Source: Callorhinchus milii
Lineage: Eukaryota
Direction of reading: 5' to 3'
NCBI RefSeq assembly: GCF_018977255.1
Contig: NW_024705564.1
Coordinates: 1-34,354, forward strand
DNA length: 34,354 bases
Positions 33,085 to 34,354 of the stretch are shown here, piece by piece (positions within the stretch are counted from its first letter, which is position 1; each line of letters starts with the position of its first letter). The notes under the pieces are model-generated. The model made no database searches. It was not told the DNA's origin and saw only the letters and a list, made by a program, of their open reading frames with translations. A program made the translations under genes and the position numbers.

Positions 33085-34354
33085 ACCCTGGCTCGAAGAG
33101 GGCAGCGCAAGAGGATGCTCTGTGCCATAAGACTAGAAGCTGAGCGCCAGATACGGGAGCTTGAGATGATCCTGCTGGATCGTTGTGCACAGCAGCAGGC
33201 CAAGTATCAGCAGGAGCTGCTGGAATTCCAGAACAGCACCGAGCTGAAGAGCTTCATCATCCACCACCAGCAGCAAAGGCAGAAGAGCAGCAGCAGGCAG
33301 AAGTCAACGCTAATAATGAGGATGTGCAGCAGACATGTCAAATAGCAAGAAGGTTGAGAACGAGATGGAGGAGATGGAGAAAGTGGGGGAGAGAAATGGT
33401 ATGAAGAGAAAACGTGGGAGTAGGAAGAAACATAAGAACAAGAAGAAAGTTCTGGAGGAGACGGTGAAAGAAGAGGTGGCTGAGAGAGAGGGGAGTGAGG
33501 GAAAGCCCATGCAGGAAATGGTGGAGGTTGGGATGATTGAGGTAGAGATGATTGAGACAGTGGCTTTGGAGGATGTGATGAAGGAGGTAGAGTTGAATAA
33601 GGTAGAGGTGTTAGAAGGAGATGGCAAGCGGGAATTAGCGAATGAGGCAGAGGTAGTGGTGATTGAGGTAGAAGCAATGGCAAAGCAGGAAGTGGTGGAA
33701 GAGATAGCGGCCAATGTCATAGATGGGATTGAGAGAGATGCAAAACAGGTATTAGCAGAAGAGATAGAGCCAAATGAGGTAGATGGGAATGAGGGAATAG
33801 CCAATCAGGAAGTGGCAAAGAAAGTTGCGAATGTTGTGGAGACAAAGAAAGAGGGAGAGGATTGTGTTCAGAGGAAACGTAGGAATAGGAAGCTACGAAG
33901 GACTAAGATTAACGTTCTGGAAGTAGAAGAGATGAAGGAAAACGAGATTGAGAGAGAAGGGAATGATGGAGAGCCCAAAAAGGAAGTGGCGAGTGAGGTA
34001 GCGGTGATAGATGCAGTGGCCACGCAGAATTTGTGAAAGAGGTAGTGGTCAATGTCCTAGAAGGGATTGAGAGAGATGCCAAGGAGGACTTAGGGAAAGA
34101 AGTAGAGGCAAGTGAGGTAGATGGGAATGAGGGAATAGCCAAACAGGAAGTGGCTAAGAAAGTTGACAATGTTGTGGAGACAAAGAAAGAGGGAGAGGAT
34201 GTGTTCGTAGGAAACGTAGGAATAGGAAGCTACGAAGGACTGAGATGAAAGTTCGGAAGTAGAAGAGATGAAGGAAAACGAGATTGAGAGAAGGGAATGA
34301 ACGGAGGCCCAAGAAGGAAGTGGCGAGTGAGGTAGCGGTGATTGAGGTAGATGC
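33085..34354 (+). CDS. Probable large host exon (frameshifted as given): Q/E coiled-coil, then E/V/K-rich repeats of about 113 aa with basic clusters; runs off the window
   Basis: Polypyrimidine tract plus CAG ending at 33084; overlapping ORFs 33049-33345, 33183-33404, 33335-34036 and 34033-34248; internal repeat with 338-bp offset. Confidence 0.5.

Noticed and set aside
33207..33804. Minus-strand ORFs of 158 and 164 aa
   Set aside because: They are antisense shadows of the purine-rich plus-strand frame.

Overview
This is eukaryotic (animal) repeat-rich genomic DNA with no intact gene, no CRISPR array and no prokaryotic system. (1) Penelope-like retroelement (PLE) remains dominate: three decayed RT+GIY-YIG copies and about ten minimal type I hammerhead ribozyme (HHR) motifs in pseudo-LTRs (pLTRs). 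These include a non-coding 704-nt HHR-to-HHR unit (1071-1920) and three tiny pLTR-only insertions with target-site duplications (TSDs), two of them with 5' inversions. (2) A composite unit of about 4-5 kb (PLE relic, two divergent tRNA-derived SINEs, GT-rich DNA, exon-like piece) occurs three times: 6236-10242, 10243-15408, 18489-23561. (3) A 30-N gap is followed by 3050 bp (15439-18488) that looks random and unlike the rest of the window, possibly non-biological. (4) Other repeats: two RTE LINE relics, Helitron-like fragments, a Tigger/pogo relic, a solo LTR with CATG TSD and a short satellite. (5) Two old arrays of exon-like modules lie at 3430-5300 and 23810-27080. (6) A probable host exon encoding an acidic, repeat-rich coiled-coil protein runs off the right end. 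All calls were made by eye and no database search was run.
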